NCBI GenBank assembly: GCA_041687695.1
Contig: JAWLBL010000025.1
Location: forward strand, 64,001-128,000
Direction of reading: 5' to 3'
Length of the DNA stretch: 64,000 nt
Source of the DNA: Myxococcota bacterium
Lineage (GTDB): Bacteria > Myxococcota_A > UBA9042 > PHBI01 > JAWLBL01
Shown: positions 44,256 through 54,847 of the stretch, piece after piece
Numbering within the stretch: the first letter of the stretch is position 1
How the letters are laid out: the number at the start of each line of letters is the position of its first letter
Program-made: the position numbers and the translations under genes
Notes under the pieces: model-generated
Database searches by the model: none
The model's input: only the letters and a program-made list of their open reading frames with translations
Told to the model about the DNA's origin: nothing

Positions 44256-44333
44256 AGCGTCGTCGGCTCGGCCTCACCGGGCGCACGACCGCATGAATCC
44301 TACCGCGAACGCGTGTTTTCGATCTGCAGGACC

Positions 44334-44520
44334 CTTCGCGGCAGCTGCGAGGCCCTGTCCCAGCCGCCAGAGGACCTTCGCGGCCGCCGCGAAGCCATGT
44401 TGGACCTGCAAGAGGGCTTCGCGGCCGCTGCGAAGCCCTGTTGGACCCGCGAGGGGGCCTTCGCGGCAGCCGCGAAGCCCTGTTGAACCCGCAAGAGGCC
44501 TTCGCGGCCGCCGAGACGGC
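44334..44520. repeat. Intergenic tandem repeat, ~4.5 copies of 41-42 bp, each with a palindromic core
   Basis: CTTCGCGGC starts at 44334, 44376, 44417, 44459 and 44500; core CTTCGCGGC-N-GC(C/T)GCGAAG followed by CC(C/A)TGTTG(G/A)ACC(T/C)GC(A/G)AG. Confidence 0.85.
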
Positions 44521-44621
44521 CATTTCGAGCCCAGGACGCGCCTCGAACCCATCTTGGGGCCTCGTCCCGAAGGCCGCTCCCGGCTCCAATCGACGCGCGG
44601 GCTGTGCTACAACCCCGCGCC

Positions 44622-45182
44622 ATGCGACGCGCCCTCGAGACCCTCGCCTTCATCGCGCTGCTCGCGCCGGCGCCCGCCGCCATCGCGGCCCCGCCGCAGC
44701 CGCCGGCGGCCTCTACCCGGCCCGGCTACCGCACCGACATCATCTTCCTGCGCGCCATGCCGGCCTCGCGCGCCATCGCGCTGTACAACCGGGTCATCGG
44801 GCCCGGCCCCGGCGCGCGCATCGTCCCCGACGACGACGAGCGCCGCCTCATCGTCTACGACGACGCCAGCCGCCTCGCGCGCTTCCGCGAGCTCCTCACC
44901 CACCTCGACGTCCCCACGGACGCCGATCTCCGCATCTACGTCCGCCCGGTCGTCTACGTCGCCCCCAGCGATCTGGCCGCCCGCCTGCGCGACGTCATGC
45001 GCGCCGCCGCCCCCGGCCCGCTGACCCTGGTCCCCGACGACCGCGGCTCGGTCCTGGTCGTCCACGCCTCGCGCGCCACCTACGCCACCCTCGACAAGCT
45101 CGCGCGGCGCCTCGACGTGCCGCCCGGACAGGGCGAGCGCGCGATCCGCACCGCGCCGCGCCCGGACGGAGCCCACCCATGA
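44622..45182 (+). CDS. Secreted protein made of two secretin N-domain (NolW-like) repeats
   Basis: Signal peptide; IVPDDDERRLIVY...FRELLTHLDVP and LVPDDRGSVLVVH...LDKLARRLDVP; no secretin barrel. Confidence 0.7.
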   Translation: MRRALETLAFIALLAPAPAAIAAPPQPPAASTRPGYRTDIIFLRAMPASRAIALYNRVIGPGPGARIVPDDDERRLIVYDDASRLARFRELLTHLDVPTDADLRIYVRPVVYVAPSDLAARLRDVMRAAAPGPLTLVPDDRGSVLVVHASRATYATLDKLARRLDVPPGQGERAIRTAPRPDGAHP

Positions 45183-45814
45183 CCCGCCTGCTCGCGCTCG
45201 CAGCCAGCGCGCTCACCGTCGCCGCCTGCGCCTCTTCCATTCGCTCGGCGGTCGCCCCCGGCCCGCCGGCGCAGGCCAACGAGCTGTTCCTGGTCGACGT
45301 GCTCGAGGCGCCTCCGTCGCGCCCCACCGAGCTGGTCAGCCTCTCGGTCGCCGAGTGGGACCGAGACGACCCGCTGCCGGCGCAGCCCAACGAGGACGTC
45401 GTCGACGCCATGAAGCGCGTCGCGGCGGCCCAGGGCGCCGGCGTGCTGGTCATCGAGCGACTCGACACCCAGTGGCGCCGCGCCTTCTACGGCCTGGGCC
45501 TGCGCTTCGTCGAGGCGCCGCCGCCCGAGCCACCCGAGTGCACCCACCCCGAAGCCACACAGGCCCTGGCCGACGCCCGCCGCCGCGCCCAGGCGTGCCT
45601 GGCCCTGGTCCGCCAGCAGCGCCCGAACCTGCAGGGCGCCGTCACCGTCGCCTTCGAGATAGACCCCTTCGGCGCGGCCCGCCTGGCGGCCACCACGCCC
45701 GACTCGACCCGCGACGGGCAGGTCCAGGCCTGCGCCCTCGAGGCCGTCCACCGCACCGACTTCGGCACGCCGCCCGGCCTGGGCTGCCGCCTGCGGCTCG
45801 AGGTGGCGCTGTGA
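45179..45814 (+). CDS. Lipoprotein with C-terminal AgmX/PglI-like (TonB_C-like) domain
   Basis: Lipobox TVAAC; AC...RPNLQGAVTVAFEIDPFG...VQAC...DF. Confidence 0.6.
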   Translation: MTRLLALAASALTVAACASSIRSAVAPGPPAQANELFLVDVLEAPPSRPTELVSLSVAEWDRDDPLPAQPNEDVVDAMKRVAAAQGAGVLVIERLDTQWRRAFYGLGLRFVEAPPPEPPECTHPEATQALADARRRAQACLALVRQQRPNLQGAVTVAFEIDPFGAARLAATTPDSTRDGQVQACALEAVHRTDFGTPPGLGCRLRLEVAL

Positions 45815-46908
45815 GCCCGGGCGCCCTGACGACCACCCACTTCGAGGTCGCGCTGCCCGAGGACGAGCAGCTCGCCCGCCGCCTGGGCGTGTCGCTCGAG
45901 GCCGTGCAGCTCACGCGCAAGAGCGACGTCATCGATCTCCACGTCGACACCTTCATCCCGCCGCGCCTTTGGGGCTACGACCTGCTCGAGCGCCACGAGC
46001 GCGGCCCACTGGCCGGCCGCTTCTTCGGCCACCTGGACTTCCACCGCATCCTCGAGGGCGGGATGACGGGCGCGATGTGGTCCATCACCACCAACCCGTT
46101 CCGCACGGCCGGCTCGCGCTGGCAGCAGTTCCAGAAGAACCTGACCCGCTTCCAGGGCCTCATCGAGCGCACCCGCGGGCGCTATCGCTTCGCCCGCACG
46201 CGCGCCGAGTACGACGCCGCCCGCCAGGCCGGCGCGCACGCCGTCATGCTGGCCATCCAGGGCGGCAACGCGCTGGAGGCGGCCCCCGAAGGCGTGGCCT
46301 CGCTGCCCGACCAGCTCGTCACCCGCGTCACCCTGGTGCACCTGACCAACTCGGTCTACGGCGTCACCTCCAGCCCGCTCGCCGGCATGAAGCGCGGGCG
46401 CGGCCTGACCGGTCAGGGCCGCGACTTCGTCCGTCAGCTCGACGCCCACCGCATCTTCGTCGATCTGGCCCACATCAACCCCGAGGGGTTCTGGGAGGCG
46501 GTCGAGGCCCACGACCGCTCGCTGCCGCTCATCGCGACCCACACCGGCGTGTCGGGGGTCAAGCCCCACTGGCGCAACCTCGACGACCGGCAGGTGAAGG
46601 CCATCGCCGACTCGGGCGGCGTCGTCGGCGTCATCTTCGCCGCGCAGTTCCTCAGGGTGCGCGGCGGCCCCAGGGACTCCGACATGGTCCTCGATCACCT
46701 CGCCCACACGCTGAAGGTCGGCGGCGAGGACGCGGTCGCCCTGGGCAGCGACTACGACGGCGCCATCACCCCGCCGCCCGACCTGCGCGACGGCCTCGCC
46801 TGGCCTCGCCTGGTCCAGCGCATGCTCGACCGCGGCTGGAAGACCGAGCGCATCCAGAAGATCCTGGGCAAGAACTTCCTCGCCTCCTTCGCGCGGCTGC
46901 GTCCATGA
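45811..46908 (+). CDS. Membrane dipeptidase (peptidase M19)
   Basis: IDLHVD, VDLAH, IATH, RNLDD, ALGSDYDG, KILGKNF. Confidence 0.88.
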   Translation: MSPGALTTTHFEVALPEDEQLARRLGVSLEAVQLTRKSDVIDLHVDTFIPPRLWGYDLLERHERGPLAGRFFGHLDFHRILEGGMTGAMWSITTNPFRTAGSRWQQFQKNLTRFQGLIERTRGRYRFARTRAEYDAARQAGAHAVMLAIQGGNALEAAPEGVASLPDQLVTRVTLVHLTNSVYGVTSSPLAGMKRGRGLTGQGRDFVRQLDAHRIFVDLAHINPEGFWEAVEAHDRSLPLIATHTGVSGVKPHWRNLDDRQVKAIADSGGVVGVIFAAQFLRVRGGPRDSDMVLDHLAHTLKVGGEDAVALGSDYDGAITPPPDLRDGLAWPRLVQRMLDRGWKTERIQKILGKNFLASFARLRP

Positions 46909-48101
46909 GCCATTCCGACCTCGACTACGGCCCCGTCCGCGACGCGGCCGAGGACCGGGCCCTGTACGACCTGGTCAACATCGCCTTTCGGCCCTCGGCC
47001 GCCGCCGAAGACCCCAAGGGCTGGGAGCGGTACCAGACCCGCGCCGACTCGGGGGACCTGCGCGTCGTGCGGCGCGGGGGCCAGGTCGCCGGCGGCCTGC
47101 GCGCCATCCCGATGGCCCACTTCTTCGGCGGCCGCGCGGTGCCCTGCGTCGGCCTGTCCGCCGTCACCGTCGCGCCCGAGCACCGCTCGCGGGGCCTCGC
47201 CGCCGCGATGATGCGCCGGCACGCCCTCGAGGCCCGCGCGCAGGGGGTCCCGCTCGCCTCGCTGTACCCGGCGTCCGACGCGCTCTACGGCCGCGCCGGT
47301 TACGAGCGCGCCGGCCACTACCTGCACCACGAGGTCCGCCCCGGCGCCCTGACCGGGGCGCGCCGCGAGCTCGAGGTCCGCCGCGCGACCGAGGCCGACC
47401 AGCCGGCCATCCACGCCCTGTACGCGACCTACGCCCGCCACCGCGACGGCCACGTCGACCGCGACGCCCGCTGGTGGCGCTTCTGGGTCGAGGGCTTCTT
47501 CCCCACGCCGCTGCGCACCTACCTCGCCCTCGCCCCGGACGGCGCCCCCGAGGGTTACGTCTCGCTGGTCCAGACCGCCACCGACGGCCACCCCTACGAC
47601 GTCGTCGTCCGCGACGTCGCCGCCACCTCGGCGCGCGCCTGGCGCTCCCTCGCGGCCTTCCTCGCGGCCCACTCGACCATGGCCGGCCACGTCGTCTTCC
47701 GCGGCGGCTTCGACCACCCGCTGGTCCAGCTCACCCGCGAGCAGGACGTCACCATCACCCAGCGCCTCGACTGGATGCTGCGCGTCCTCGACGTCCCCGC
47801 CGCCCTGACCGCGCGCGGCTATCCTCCCATCTCCGGCGCCCTCGATCTGGCCGTCACCGACGATCTCGTCGCCGACAACGCGGGCCCCTTCCGCCTGACC
47901 CTCGACGCAGGCCATCCGACGGTCACCCCGGGCGGCGACGGCCGCCTCCGCCTCGACGTCCGCGCCCTGGCCAGCCTCTACTCGGGTTATGCCTCGCCGT
48001 TCACCCTGGCCAGCTTCGGCCAGCTCGACGGCGACCCCGAGTCCCTGGCCCTCGCCCGCGCCGTCTTCGCGGGCCAACCCTCGCTCGCCGACATGTTCTA
48101 G
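46905..48101 (+). CDS. Eis-like GNAT acetyltransferase with C-terminal SCP2-like domain
   Basis: VTVAPEHRSRGLA, LYPASDALYGRAGY, MLRVLDVPAALTARGY, LASLYSG, C-terminal DMF. Confidence 0.85.
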   Translation: MSHSDLDYGPVRDAAEDRALYDLVNIAFRPSAAAEDPKGWERYQTRADSGDLRVVRRGGQVAGGLRAIPMAHFFGGRAVPCVGLSAVTVAPEHRSRGLAAAMMRRHALEARAQGVPLASLYPASDALYGRAGYERAGHYLHHEVRPGALTGARRELEVRRATEADQPAIHALYATYARHRDGHVDRDARWWRFWVEGFFPTPLRTYLALAPDGAPEGYVSLVQTATDGHPYDVVVRDVAATSARAWRSLAAFLAAHSTMAGHVVFRGGFDHPLVQLTREQDVTITQRLDWMLRVLDVPAALTARGYPPISGALDLAVTDDLVADNAGPFRLTLDAGHPTVTPGGDGRLRLDVRALASLYSGYASPFTLASFGQLDGDPESLALARAVFAGQPSLADMF

Positions 48102-48210
48102 CGCCGCCGACCGAAACGGCCGGGCCTCTCAGCACCCGTCCGCGTGCCGGGGGGGCATTTCCAAGCGGCGCCCGCTGTGCTACCCCATTGCAAAACAGCA
48201 GGGGTTCATC

Positions 48211-49425
48211 ATGCGCATCTGCAAGCAGTGGCTTGCCGTGACGGCTTTGTGCGTCGCGGCGGTGGGTTGTGATGGGGACGACGGCCAGCCGGGCGGCAAA
48301 GACGGCGACGTCGTCGACGCCGTGGAGGAGGTCGCCGAGCAGGACGCGGCCGGCGAGGTGGACGAAGACGCGCCGCTCTCGGACGCCGGAGAGGACGCCT
48401 CGACGCCCGACGCGGCGTCGCTCGACTGCGCCGCCGATCCGGACGCCTGCCTCTATCCCAGCCAGGGCCTGGAGTTCACGGTCCGCGAGGGCTACGAGGT
48501 CGAAGATCCCGTCACCGGCCGCAGCCTGCCCATCCTCGCCCGCATCCCAAAGGGGCCCGGGCCGTTCCCGGTGGTCGTCTGGTCCCACGGCGGCGGGTTC
48601 AGCACGACGGCCCACAAGCAGAGCGTGGCCTGGGGCAGCCTGCTGGCCCGCCACGGCTATGTGGTCATCCATCTCGCCCACACGCCGCCCACGACCGACA
48701 CCGGCCTCGCGGTGTGCGCCGCGGCGTCCATCCCGCAGGCCGATTGCAGCCCCGACGCCGGTGACCCGGACGACAACCCGCTCCTGGTCGTCATCCGCTC
48801 CTACGATCTGGTCGCCATCCTCGACAAGCTCCCCGCGCTGTCGAAGTGGAGCACCGACAACGGCGGGCCGGGCCTCGACCTGGACCGCGTCGCCGTCGCC
48901 GGCTGGTCGGCCGGCTCCCGCGCCCCGGTGACCCTGCTCGGCGCCGTCACCCACCCCTCGTCCAACGCCCCGCCGTTCTCGATGCCCGACGAGCGGGTCA
49001 AGGCCGCCCTCATGATGAGCCCGACCGGCCCCGGCTTCGGCGGCTTCTACGACGAAGCCGGCGAGACGAGCTGGGACGACCTGCGGGGGCCGAGCTTCTT
49101 CGCGACCGGGGTCCACGACGTCAAACCCAAAAAGCCCGAGCTCGACGGCCCCTCCCGCCGCTTCGGCTTCGATCACCAGCCCGCGAGCGGCTCGAGCTAC
49201 CTCCTGTACTCGCACCTGCCGGTCGGCACGGGCGGCCACGACACCTACAACCTCGCGGACGCCCAGTCGGACGACGCGCGCCTGGCCAACCTGACGCTCG
49301 CGCTCGGGTCGGCCGCCCTGGCGTTCCTCGACGCCTACCTGCGCGACGACGCCGCGGCGCTGGTCTGGCTGCAGTCCGACATGGCCAAGCAGCTGGCCGG
49401 TGACGTCGACTGGGAGAACCGCTGA
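48211..49425 (+). CDS. Lipoprotein alpha/beta hydrolase
   Basis: Lipobox AVGC, PVVVWSHGGG, nucleophile elbow AGWSAG, AFLDAYL. Confidence 0.8.
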   Translation: MRICKQWLAVTALCVAAVGCDGDDGQPGGKDGDVVDAVEEVAEQDAAGEVDEDAPLSDAGEDASTPDAASLDCAADPDACLYPSQGLEFTVREGYEVEDPVTGRSLPILARIPKGPGPFPVVVWSHGGGFSTTAHKQSVAWGSLLARHGYVVIHLAHTPPTTDTGLAVCAAASIPQADCSPDAGDPDDNPLLVVIRSYDLVAILDKLPALSKWSTDNGGPGLDLDRVAVAGWSAGSRAPVTLLGAVTHPSSNAPPFSMPDERVKAALMMSPTGPGFGGFYDEAGETSWDDLRGPSFFATGVHDVKPKKPELDGPSRRFGFDHQPASGSSYLLYSHLPVGTGGHDTYNLADAQSDDARLANLTLALGSAALAFLDAYLRDDAAALVWLQSDMAKQLAGDVDWENR

Positions 49426-49516
49426 GCCTTCGCCGCCCTGGGCCGGCGCTCGTCCGGCCCACATCCATCGCGTTCCGACGCCGGAGAGGCCCCCCAGGAC
49501 CTCTCCGGCCGAACCC

Positions 49517-51673
49517 TCAGGCGCCCGGGAGCGGGAAGAAGCGCTCGCCGCGCTCGGCCATGTCGCGCAGCAGCTGCGGCGGCGTAAAGCGCGGGCCGTA
49601 GTCGGCGGCCAGCGCGTCGGCGCGCTCGACCACCCACGGGGCGCCGTGGCGGTCGATCCAGGCCAGCGGGCCGCCGGACGACGGGGCGAAGCCGATGCCG
49701 AAGACGGCGCCGACCTCGGCGTCGCGGTGGCTGCGCAGGACGCCGGACTCGACGCAGCGCACCACGTCCAGCACCTGCGCCAGCATCAGCCGGTCGCGGA
49801 TCAGCTCGACGCCGGTCTGCGCCGGGCGCGCGTCGGTCACGGTGGCCGCCAGGTCGCGCAGCCCCGGCCACAGCCGGCGCTCCTTGCCCTGGTAGTCGTA
49901 GAAGCCCTGGCCGGCCGCCTTGCCGATGCGGCCCTGCTCGACCATCTTGGCCAGCAGCTGCACGCCCGCCAGATCCACGGCCTCGCCGACGTACTTCTCG
50001 CGCTGCGTCAGCGCGTGGTGGCCCAGGCGCAGGGTGACCTCGTCGAAGACCTTCAGCGGCGGCACGACCATGCCGGCCGACCGCGCGGCCCACTCGACCA
50101 GCACCGGGTCGTGGCCCTCGGCGACCAGCTGCACGCCCTCCATCAGGTAGGCCGCGAACACCCGGCTGGTGTAGAAGCCGTAGCCGTCGTTCACCACGAT
50201 CGGCGTCTTCTTCAGCTTCTTGGCGATGCCCAGCGCCCGCGCCAGGGTCTCGTCGCTGGTCTTGGCGCCGACGACGATCTCCAGCAGCGGCATCTGCTCG
50301 ACCGGCGAGAAGAAGTGCAGGCCGATGAAGCGGTCCGGGTCGGCGCTGGCCTTCGCCAGGTGCGTAATCGGGATGGCCGAGGTGTTCGAGGCGAAGATGG
50401 CCTTGTCGGTCAGCAGCGGCTCGACCTCGCGGGTCACCTTGGCCTTGACGGCGTCGTCCTCGAGCACGGCCTCGATGACGAGATCGGTCCCCGCCAGATC
50501 CGCCGTGTCCAGCGTGTAGCGGATGCGCCCGACGACGGCCGCGCGCTCCTCGGCGCTCAGGTGCTTCAAGCGCTTGCCGGCCTCGGCCTCGACGTGGGCC
50601 TTGGCCGCGTCCAGCGCCTCCTGCTCGATGTCCTTGAGCGCGACCTCCCAGCCGGCCTGCGCGCACAGAAAGCCCAGCCCCGCGCCCATCATGCCGGCGC
50701 CCAGGATGGCGACCCGCTGCACGCCGGGGTCGGCGACCTCGTAGCCCTCGGCCCGCTCGGCGGCGGTCCGGTGGAACCACATGGTGCGGATCATGTCCTT
50801 GGCCTGCGGCGAGACGGCCAGCTTCACGAAGTAGCGCGTCTCGACCTCGAGCGCCCGGTCGAAGGTCACCGCCGCGCCGTCCTGCACGGCCGCGATGACC
50901 GCCTCGGGCGCCTGCATGGTCCCCGCGGTCTTCTTGGTCAGCATGGCGCAGGCGACCATGAACATGGCGCGCCCGTCTTCGCTGTCGGGCCGCGGCCCGG
51001 GCCACCGGAAGCCCTTGACGTCCCAGGGCTGCCTGGCCTTGGGGTTGGCGGCGATCCAGGCCTCGGCCTGCTTGCGCAGCGAGGCCGCGTCGGGCGCCAG
51101 CTCGTCGACCAGCTTCATGCCCAGCGCCTTGGGCGCCCGGACGATCTTGCCCTGGCCGATGAGCTCGAGCGCCGCCTGGATCCCGACCAGACGCGGCAGC
51201 CGCTGCGTGCCGCCCGCGCCGGGGATGACCCCCAGCCCCACCTCGGGCAGGCCCACCTGCACCCGCGCGTCGTCCAGCGCGATGCGTCGGTGGCAGGCCA
51301 GGGCCAGCTCGTAGCCGCCGCCCAGCGCCGACCCCGTCAGCGCGGCCACGACCGGCACGCCCATGGTCTCGATCTGGCGGAACAGGCGGTTGAGGCCCTG
51401 CACCAGCGCGAGCATCTGCTCGGGCGTGGTCATCCCGTACAGCATGTCGATGTCGGCGCCGACGCAGAAGTCCTTGTGGGCCGAGGCGATGATGACGCCC
51501 TCGAGCCCCTCGCGCGTGCGCGCCCACTCGACGGCGGCGCTCAGGCCCTCGCCGAAGGCGGCGTTGATCTTGTTCGCGCGCCCCTCCATCGTCAGGGTCA
51601 GCGTCGCGATGCCCGTGTCCGCGTCGAACTGCATCTCGACGGCGGCGTTGCGGTCCGTCTGGCTCGTCGTCAT
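49517..51673 (-). CDS. fadB: Fatty-acid oxidation multifunctional enzyme (enoyl-CoA hydratase / 3-hydroxyacyl-CoA dehydrogenase)
   Basis: ALGGGYELAL, GLPEVGLG, GAGMMGAG, ASNTS, GLHFFSPV. Confidence 0.9.
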   Translation of the reverse strand: MTTSQTDRNAAVEMQFDADTGIATLTLTMEGRANKINAAFGEGLSAAVEWARTREGLEGVIIASAHKDFCVGADIDMLYGMTTPEQMLALVQGLNRLFRQIETMGVPVVAALTGSALGGGYELALACHRRIALDDARVQVGLPEVGLGVIPGAGGTQRLPRLVGIQAALELIGQGKIVRAPKALGMKLVDELAPDAASLRKQAEAWIAANPKARQPWDVKGFRWPGPRPDSEDGRAMFMVACAMLTKKTAGTMQAPEAVIAAVQDGAAVTFDRALEVETRYFVKLAVSPQAKDMIRTMWFHRTAAERAEGYEVADPGVQRVAILGAGMMGAGLGFLCAQAGWEVALKDIEQEALDAAKAHVEAEAGKRLKHLSAEERAAVVGRIRYTLDTADLAGTDLVIEAVLEDDAVKAKVTREVEPLLTDKAIFASNTSAIPITHLAKASADPDRFIGLHFFSPVEQMPLLEIVVGAKTSDETLARALGIAKKLKKTPIVVNDGYGFYTSRVFAAYLMEGVQLVAEGHDPVLVEWAARSAGMVVPPLKVFDEVTLRLGHHALTQREKYVGEAVDLAGVQLLAKMVEQGRIGKAAGQGFYDYQGKERRLWPGLRDLAATVTDARPAQTGVELIRDRLMLAQVLDVVRCVESGVLRSHRDAEVGAVFGIGFAPSSGGPLAWIDRHGAPWVVERADALAADYGPRFTPPQLLRDMAERGERFFPLPGA

Positions 51674-51675
51674 CG

Positions 51676-52881
<1,206 letters not shown>

Positions 52882-53103
52882 GGTCGGTCTCCTGACTGGC
52901 GGTCCCAGCGATGGCTACAGGGGCGCGGATCCTGTCGCGGGACGGGGCCTGATGTCAAAGGCGAGGCGCGGGTCGGCGGGGCAGGGTGGGGCCGCCCTGG
53001 CGCGTCTGTGGCCAGGCCCCGGCGGGTGCCGCGCGCCCGAGTGCCGTTGCCAAGCCGGCGCGCCTTTGTTAACGGGTCCGCTCCCTTGTCGATCGAGGCC
53101 GTG

Positions 53104-54837
53104 ATGCCCCCACCTCCCGCTGGCCCGAGCCAGGCCCCCTATCGCGAGTTCACGCTCGCCGCGCTCATCCTCGGCGTCATCCTCGGCGCCGCCATGACCG
53201 CCGCGTTCGTCTACATCTCGCTCAAGCTCGGCTTCGGCCTGTCGGGCTCGTCGGTCGCCGCCATCGTGGGCTTCGCCGTGCTCCGCGGCGTGCTGCGGCG
53301 CGGCACCATCGTCGAGAACAACATCAACCAGACCGTCGCCTCGGGCGTGAACACCGCCTCGAGCGGCGTCGCCTTCACCTTGCCCGCCCTGTTCTTGATG
53401 GCGGCCAACGATCCCGAGCTGGCCGGCTTCAGCGCCGCCCCCTTCGTCCTCGCCGCGACCGCCGGCTCCTTCCTCGGCATCATCGTCATCCTCCCCCTGC
53501 GCAAGCAGATGATCGAGTTCGAGCGGCTCCGCTTCCCGTCGGGCATCGCCGTCGCCTCGCTGCTCCGCTCGCCCGGCGCCGGCGTCCGCCAGGCCAAGCT
53601 CCTGGCCGTCGGCCTCGTCATCGCCGCCCTGCACACCTTCATGGCCGACGCCGAGCGCGGCTGGCTCCCCGACGAGGTCGACTTCGGCGGCCTGTTCGAC
53701 GCGCCGCCCTGGTTCCCCCTCGCCATCTCCATCAGCTTCGCCAACTTCGGCGCCGGCCTGCTCTCCGGCCGCGGCGGGCTCCCCTTCGTCGCCGGCGGCG
53801 TCCTGGCCTGGTGGATCATCAGCCCCTTCGCCATGACCAGCGGCTGGGTCCCCGACCCCGGCGCCCCCGGCCAGGAGGGCTGGCAGACCGGCTACCTGTT
53901 CTTCAACCTCCTGCGGCCCGTCGGCATCGGCCTGCTCATCGGCGGCGCGCTCATGGGCGTCATCGTCGCCCTGCCGGCCATCAAGAGCGCCATCAAGGGC
54001 CTGTCGGCCACCGTGCAGGCCCGCGGCGCCGCGACCGTCGGCCCCGCCCAGGAGCTCGGGACCCGCGTCATGACGGTCGGCCTCGGCGCCGCCGTGCTGG
54101 TCCTGTTCGGCGCCGCCATGATCGCGACCGATCAGATCACCGTGATGGAGGCGGTCTGGATCGCCGTCGTGGGCACCATCTGGCTGGCCCTCGCCGGCCT
54201 GGTCGTCGCCCAGGCGACCGGCCTCACCGACATCTCGCCCCTGTCCGGCATGGCCCTCATCGCCGTGACGCTGATGTACTTCCTGACGCAGGGGAACATC
54301 GTCGCCTCCATCATGCTGGGCGTCGCCGTCTGCATCGGCATCGGCCAGTGCGCCGACATGATGACCGACCTCAAGACCGGCCACCTCGTCGGCTCGACGC
54401 CGCGCAAGCAGCAGCTGGCCCAGATGACCGTCGCCTGGGTGGGCGCGCCCGTGGCCATCGGCGCCGTCTACCTCTTCTGGGAGAGCCCCGGCTTCGGCCC
54501 CGGCACCCAGCTCGGCGCCCCCCAGGCCGCGACCCTGCAGGCCATCATCGAGGGCGTCAGCGCCGGCAACGTCCCCCTCGACAAGTACGCGGCGGGCATC
54601 GGGCTCGGCAGCGCGCTCGGCCTCTTCCCCATCGGCGGCGTCGGCGTGCTGGTCGGCCTCGCGATGTACCTGCCGTTCTCCATCACGCTCGGCTACGGCG
54701 TCGGCTGCCTGACCTCGATGGGGCTGCAGCGCTGGCTGGGTCGTGCCTGGATCGGCAGCACCCTGGTCCCGATCTCGGCCGGCTTCATCGTCGGCGAGGC
54801 GCTGGTCAGCCTGGCCAACGCCCTGTCCAAGCTCTGA
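53104..54837 (+). CDS. OPT family oligopeptide transporter
   Basis: REFTLAALILG, ENNINQTVAS, LRFPSG, MTDLKTGHLVG, APQAA; many TM segments. Confidence 0.9.
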   Translation: MPPPPAGPSQAPYREFTLAALILGVILGAAMTAAFVYISLKLGFGLSGSSVAAIVGFAVLRGVLRRGTIVENNINQTVASGVNTASSGVAFTLPALFLMAANDPELAGFSAAPFVLAATAGSFLGIIVILPLRKQMIEFERLRFPSGIAVASLLRSPGAGVRQAKLLAVGLVIAALHTFMADAERGWLPDEVDFGGLFDAPPWFPLAISISFANFGAGLLSGRGGLPFVAGGVLAWWIISPFAMTSGWVPDPGAPGQEGWQTGYLFFNLLRPVGIGLLIGGALMGVIVALPAIKSAIKGLSATVQARGAATVGPAQELGTRVMTVGLGAAVLVLFGAAMIATDQITVMEAVWIAVVGTIWLALAGLVVAQATGLTDISPLSGMALIAVTLMYFLTQGNIVASIMLGVAVCIGIGQCADMMTDLKTGHLVGSTPRKQQLAQMTVAWVGAPVAIGAVYLFWESPGFGPGTQLGAPQAATLQAIIEGVSAGNVPLDKYAAGIGLGSALGLFPIGGVGVLVGLAMYLPFSITLGYGVGCLTSMGLQRWLGRAWIGSTLVPISAGFIVGEALVSLANALSKL

Positions 54838-54847
54838 GAGGCCCGCC

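Noticed and set aside
44334..44520. Possible CRISPR array
   Set aside because: The period is only 41-42 bp, the would-be spacers are similar to one another, and no cas genes are in the window. Kept as a non-CRISPR repeat.
44215..44683. Short ORFs across the palindromic repeat (FAAAAK peptides)
   Set aside because: The repeated peptide shifts frame with the 41-bp units and appears on both strands, a by-product of the palindrome.
48110..48300. Slightly lower-GC patch at the start of the hydrolase gene as an island boundary
   Set aside because: Short and limited to the promoter/signal-peptide region; no integrase, tRNA or flanking repeats.
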